DNA of 64,000 bases from Heteronotia binoei (lineage: Eukaryota), in contig NC_083240.1 in the NCBI RefSeq assembly GCF_032191835.1, forward strand, positions 33,728,001 through 33,792,000, written 5' to 3'. Below the pieces are notes generated by a model. That model made no database searches, was not told the origin of the DNA, and saw only the letters and a list, made by a program, of their open reading frames with translations. Below, piece after piece: positions 61,301-64,000 of this stretch (positions are counted from its first letter, which is position 1; every line of letters starts with the position of its first letter). Both the position numbers and the translations under genes were made by a program.

Positions 61301-64000
61301 GTTCGAAACCAATATTTTTGTTTTATATAAGCCATTTGTTTTTGAATCTTGGAGACGTCAAAAGATTCTAATTTTTTCCTTTCTATAAGAAGTTTTGAAT
61401 AAGTTTTTTTGCTACCAAATTTTTTAAATTTCTCTTCCAATTTGGTAATGTCGGCAACCAAATCTGATCTAATTTTGTCTTTTTCTTTTTTATACGAAGA
61501 GGCAATAGCCAAAAATCTGCCACGAATTACAGCTTTAAACGAGTCCCAAACTATATGCTGAGGTACTCCACACTCAGTATTGAATTGAAAAAATTCTTTA
61601 ATGTCTTTTTCAATGGAATCTGTAACCGATTTCATAGACAGAAGTTTACTATCCAATCTCCAATTAAAAGAAAAAGATCTTTCAGTGATTCCTGACATAT
61701 AACCTTCCAACCATGCATGATCAGACCAAATCATTGGGCCAATGTCTACTTTAAAAAAAAGGTTAGAAATAGAATCCGAAACTAAAAGAAAATCTATTCT
61801 GGAATAAGTTTGATGACGAGAAGAAAAGAAGGTATAGTCTCTTTCTTTTGGATGCCTGCTTCTCCAAATGTCTGACAGATTATAGGATTGAAAGATTTGA
61901 GCTAAATCATTTTGGCCATTCGAATCTTTTGATTGAGACCATTTATTGGCAGATAGAGGTAGCAGGCTTTTTTGAGATCTATCTAAAGAAGGATTGACAA
62001 CATAGTTGAGATCTCCTCCCAAAATAATGGGCCCTTTATGAAAAGTTTGAAGTTGTGACAACGTATCTTTAATAAATGCAATTTGTCCATCATTTGGAGC
62101 ATACACCGATGCCAGAGTATAAGGGCTACCATTAAAGACCCCATTGATAAAAATATACCGACCCCTAGGGTCAACTGAGGAATTTTCAAAAGTGAATTGG
62201 ACTGATTTACCTATTAAGATGGCCACACCTCTTGCTTTGGAGGACCCGTAAGCTTGAAATTGATGAGCAAAAAATTTTGACTGGAAGACCTTGGGCTGGT
62301 TACCCTTAAGGTGAGTTTCTTGCAAAAAAACTATATCTGGTTTCTGATGAGAGATGGCAGAGGCAACCCGTTTTTTCTTAATTAAATTATTTAGCCCATT
62401 ACAGTTTAGAGATAGAAATTTCAAGTGGCACTCTGCCATAGAGGAAAGAGGAAATAACCAAGGTTATCAAAATTATTGCAATTCATAGCTTTGAACCCAG
62501 GTGCCACCAGGATAGCTAGAGGCGAATCCTGTAGATCAAATTTCAAAGGTATGAGGACAGATTTCAGATCAAAGGCTTTAAAAAACTTCCAACTAAATCC
62601 ATAATAATTCAATACAGTTATCCTGCCCGTAACACAAACAAAAAACCATAACCAACACCAGTGGTCTAGCATTAACAGACACTAGCCACTAACTCACCCT
62701 CCAACTCTGTTAACCCAAACTTGGGAAAACAACAACTATTTACTTAAAAGGATAAATTTGAAGCGGAAGTCTTCGTTACTGAAGACACCACACAACTAGT
62801 AACAACTACCAAATGGAGCTAATTAAAAAAAACTGAAGTTCTCCATTCTCCCTCTCTGCCAAAAATGCTTATATTTAACACTATCAACCCAGCAAAAATA
62901 AAATTTATAAACAGAATAACAGAGCCGAATGTATAGAAAGTTTATAATGAAAGGCCAAACAAAGCTGATCGAGTCAAGGCTAAAATGCCTAGAAAGCCAC
63001 ATATAATAAAACCTGTGCCTTTTACCAACTCAGGTTAGTGAATTAAAGATAATTACAGGCAAACTAATATACCATGTGTAACAGCATCAGATCTCGATCA
63101 CAAAGTTATTGTAAGACTTAAGACACTATGATAAAAATACAATGAAACTTTAAACAGAACTATGAACGCTATTAAATACTGGTCTCCCCAAACACTCCCC
63201 ACCAACTATCCTTCAGCCACTTATAAGCCTATGTAGGGAGATATGATGGTGAGGGAAACAAGTTTCCAAACCTTCATAGTAGCATAAGGCACAAACTGAC
63301 ACACACATACATTCCCTACCCACCCTCTGTCTCACAGATTCATTTCCATTCAACAATTCACACAGGAAGGGAAAAGGTCCTGACAATTCATTAACTCATA
63401 GTAGAAAGAAATATATTGATATAAAACCCTAATCATACTATTCAAGTTTCTCACTCTGATCTACCCCCCCTCACTCACTCTCTCTCCCTCCCTCTCTCCC
63501 ACTCCCTCACTCAACACCCAGCCTCCCCATTCCAGCTCCTACTCAAACCATATATTCCAAGTCACCCCATTCTTCCAATCATGCATACCCAATCAACCAA
63601 GAAGATTTCCTTTAATGAGTTGATTTGAATTAATAACTCCCTCACATTCATAACATTGTGTTCAAAAGATATAAATAACCAAAAAAAGGGGGGGGACCCC
63701 CCAATTTCGTATATAAACATTGCTTCATAGGCACGAAACAATCATCAGCATATTTCTAAGCCGTGACAGAGTTACACGTAGGCAAAGCTTATAAGTCAGC
63801 AGTTCAGTAGGCAAAGCTTATATGTCAGGGGAAAAAAAAAAGGGGGGGGGACGTCAAGAATCCACACAAAAAAGGGAAGATTTCTGCATAGCAACAGTTC
63901 CAGCGTTTAGCTTCTAGGAGAAACAGGCCGATCAGGACGGTTCATAGGCACACGACGCCATCTAGTGTCTGAAGTTATTGAGTGAACATGTGAGACTGCT
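58326..64000 (-). mobile_element. L1 retrotransposon, antisense in an RPA1 intron; 5' part extends beyond the window
   Basis: T13 run at 58326-58338 (poly-A tail), minus-strand AATAAA 58355-58360, ~220-nt 3' UTR, intact ORF2. No second TSD copy before 64000. Confidence 0.85.
58558..62439 (-). CDS. LINE-1-clade ORF2p, 1293 aa (APE endonuclease + reverse transcriptase + C-terminal CCHC)
   Basis: EN motifs LNCNGLN, FLQETH, YAPN, GGDLN, SRID, SDH. RT motifs YRPISLLNCDYKI, DFEKAFD, QGCPLSP, FADD, YLGI. CWKNC...HCWWSC. No stops. Confidence 0.96.
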   Translation of the reverse strand: MAECHLKFLSLNCNGLNNLIKKKRVASAISHQKPDIVFLQETHLKGNQPKVFQSKFFAHQFQAYGSSKARGVAILIGKSVQFTFENSSVDPRGRYIFINGVFNGSPYTLASVYAPNDGQIAFIKDTLSQLQTFHKGPIILGGDLNYVVNPSLDRSQKSLLPLSANKWSQSKDSNGQNDLAQIFQSYNLSDIWRSRHPKERDYTFFSSRHQTYSRIDFLLVSDSISNLFFKVDIGPMIWSDHAWLEGYMSGITERSFSFNWRLDSKLLSMKSVTDSIEKDIKEFFQFNTECGVPQHIVWDSFKAVIRGRFLAIASSYKKEKDKIRSDLVADITKLEEKFKKFGSKKTYSKLLIERKKLESFDVSKIQKQMAYIKQKYWFRTPQSLKLLSWKVKKRISSMAISSIRSKSGTLKHSTKDIVGVFKKYYSSLYSSQHPASDLISSFLDTHSVIKPVSPEVKSLLDKPFTALEIQETIKSMKSNKSPGRDGFIPEFYKFFNTLLAPILADACNQFVQSGSFPVTWSQAKIILLPKKDKDLLDPSSYRPISLLNCDYKIFTAALVARLNTFIGNYIHPDQSGFIPHHELTDNTRMVLDVIQYCRKFNIESSFILSIDFEKAFDSVEVPYLTTLLQKMNFGPNFLKIIHSLYKSPSAILSINNLDSEEFNLFRGTRQGCPLSPLLFAIAIEPLANAIRNTNIIAGIPIRKKQIKVSLFADDLVLFVTKPKTSLPAVFDLLSVFSSISGLRVNPSKTILYPITISDALQDSIYSNYHFKKMDRYWTYLGINIPLKLGDIFKVNHHLLIKDILTMQKNKNSSLIPWNEKIQIIKSFIFPKFLFLFRAIPILIPEDLFVGWRRSFLRYIWNKGLSRIGYATLIRSKSSGGLALPDLHKFYEAAILGGLVRYHDADLNSGWKVLEDTYLNNKSFQSTLWEFPKKRPPNISSNLFLKAIFQIWDKRRLFLAPPMSPLSHFMDVSWFQPGFFYKSFPIWKKYNLYRFVDILSNGKVLDKKSLEEKTGGTKIPWFEYLQINNLVTSLSKKYNFNRPLTFFESLLQSPFLKRKGLISFIYKGLLDIDAVDLLSYQEIWQRNSSINFQEDVWQQIWSSPSFVSKSLNIQLQTQKILFRWYLTPQRLSHMAINQSSKCWKNCGEVGTFIHCWWSCPRVQSFWAVIVAKIKDITGYSLPLRLELILLDCWKGISITSLNKSLISLLLASAKMVLAQFWKSPNIPPVKAWYAKIWEVYAMDKIADSLCNINNSEGNDSLMYKWLPFLKFSFSPVDQMRTCIPGRYYDIINLM

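Overview
Vertebrate genomic DNA from a squamate reptile, most likely a gecko judging by the SINE repertoire. It lies in the conserved SERPINF1-SMYD4-RPA1 synteny block. Three host genes can be rebuilt exon by exon from GT-AG boundaries and phases. SERPINF1/PEDF is complete (+; non-coding exon 1 at ~3136-3304, coding exons 8247-18103, 418 aa). SMYD4 is complete (-; coding exons 37401-19152, 801 aa). RPA1 is represented by exons 1-5 (+; 39987-52094) and shares a CpG-island bidirectional promoter with SMYD4. The introns are full of mobile DNA: a full-length RPL15 processed retrocopy with an open ORF inside a SINE in RPA1 intron 3; an antisense L1 with an intact 1293-aa ORF2 that runs off the window end; tRNA- and 5S-derived SINEs; many hAT-type MITEs with 8-bp TSDs, one resembling the horizontally transferred OC1 family; a Gypsy-like solo LTR; CR1/L2 fragments; and Penelope-like remnants with decayed hammerhead-ribozyme motifs. 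There is one 135-N assembly gap. I found no new protein-coding system. The most interesting signals are the retrocopy, the L1 architecture, the hammerhead remnants, the cargo-swapping hAT elements and short locally templated insertions. Repeat family names and human orthologue comparisons are from memory and were not searched.
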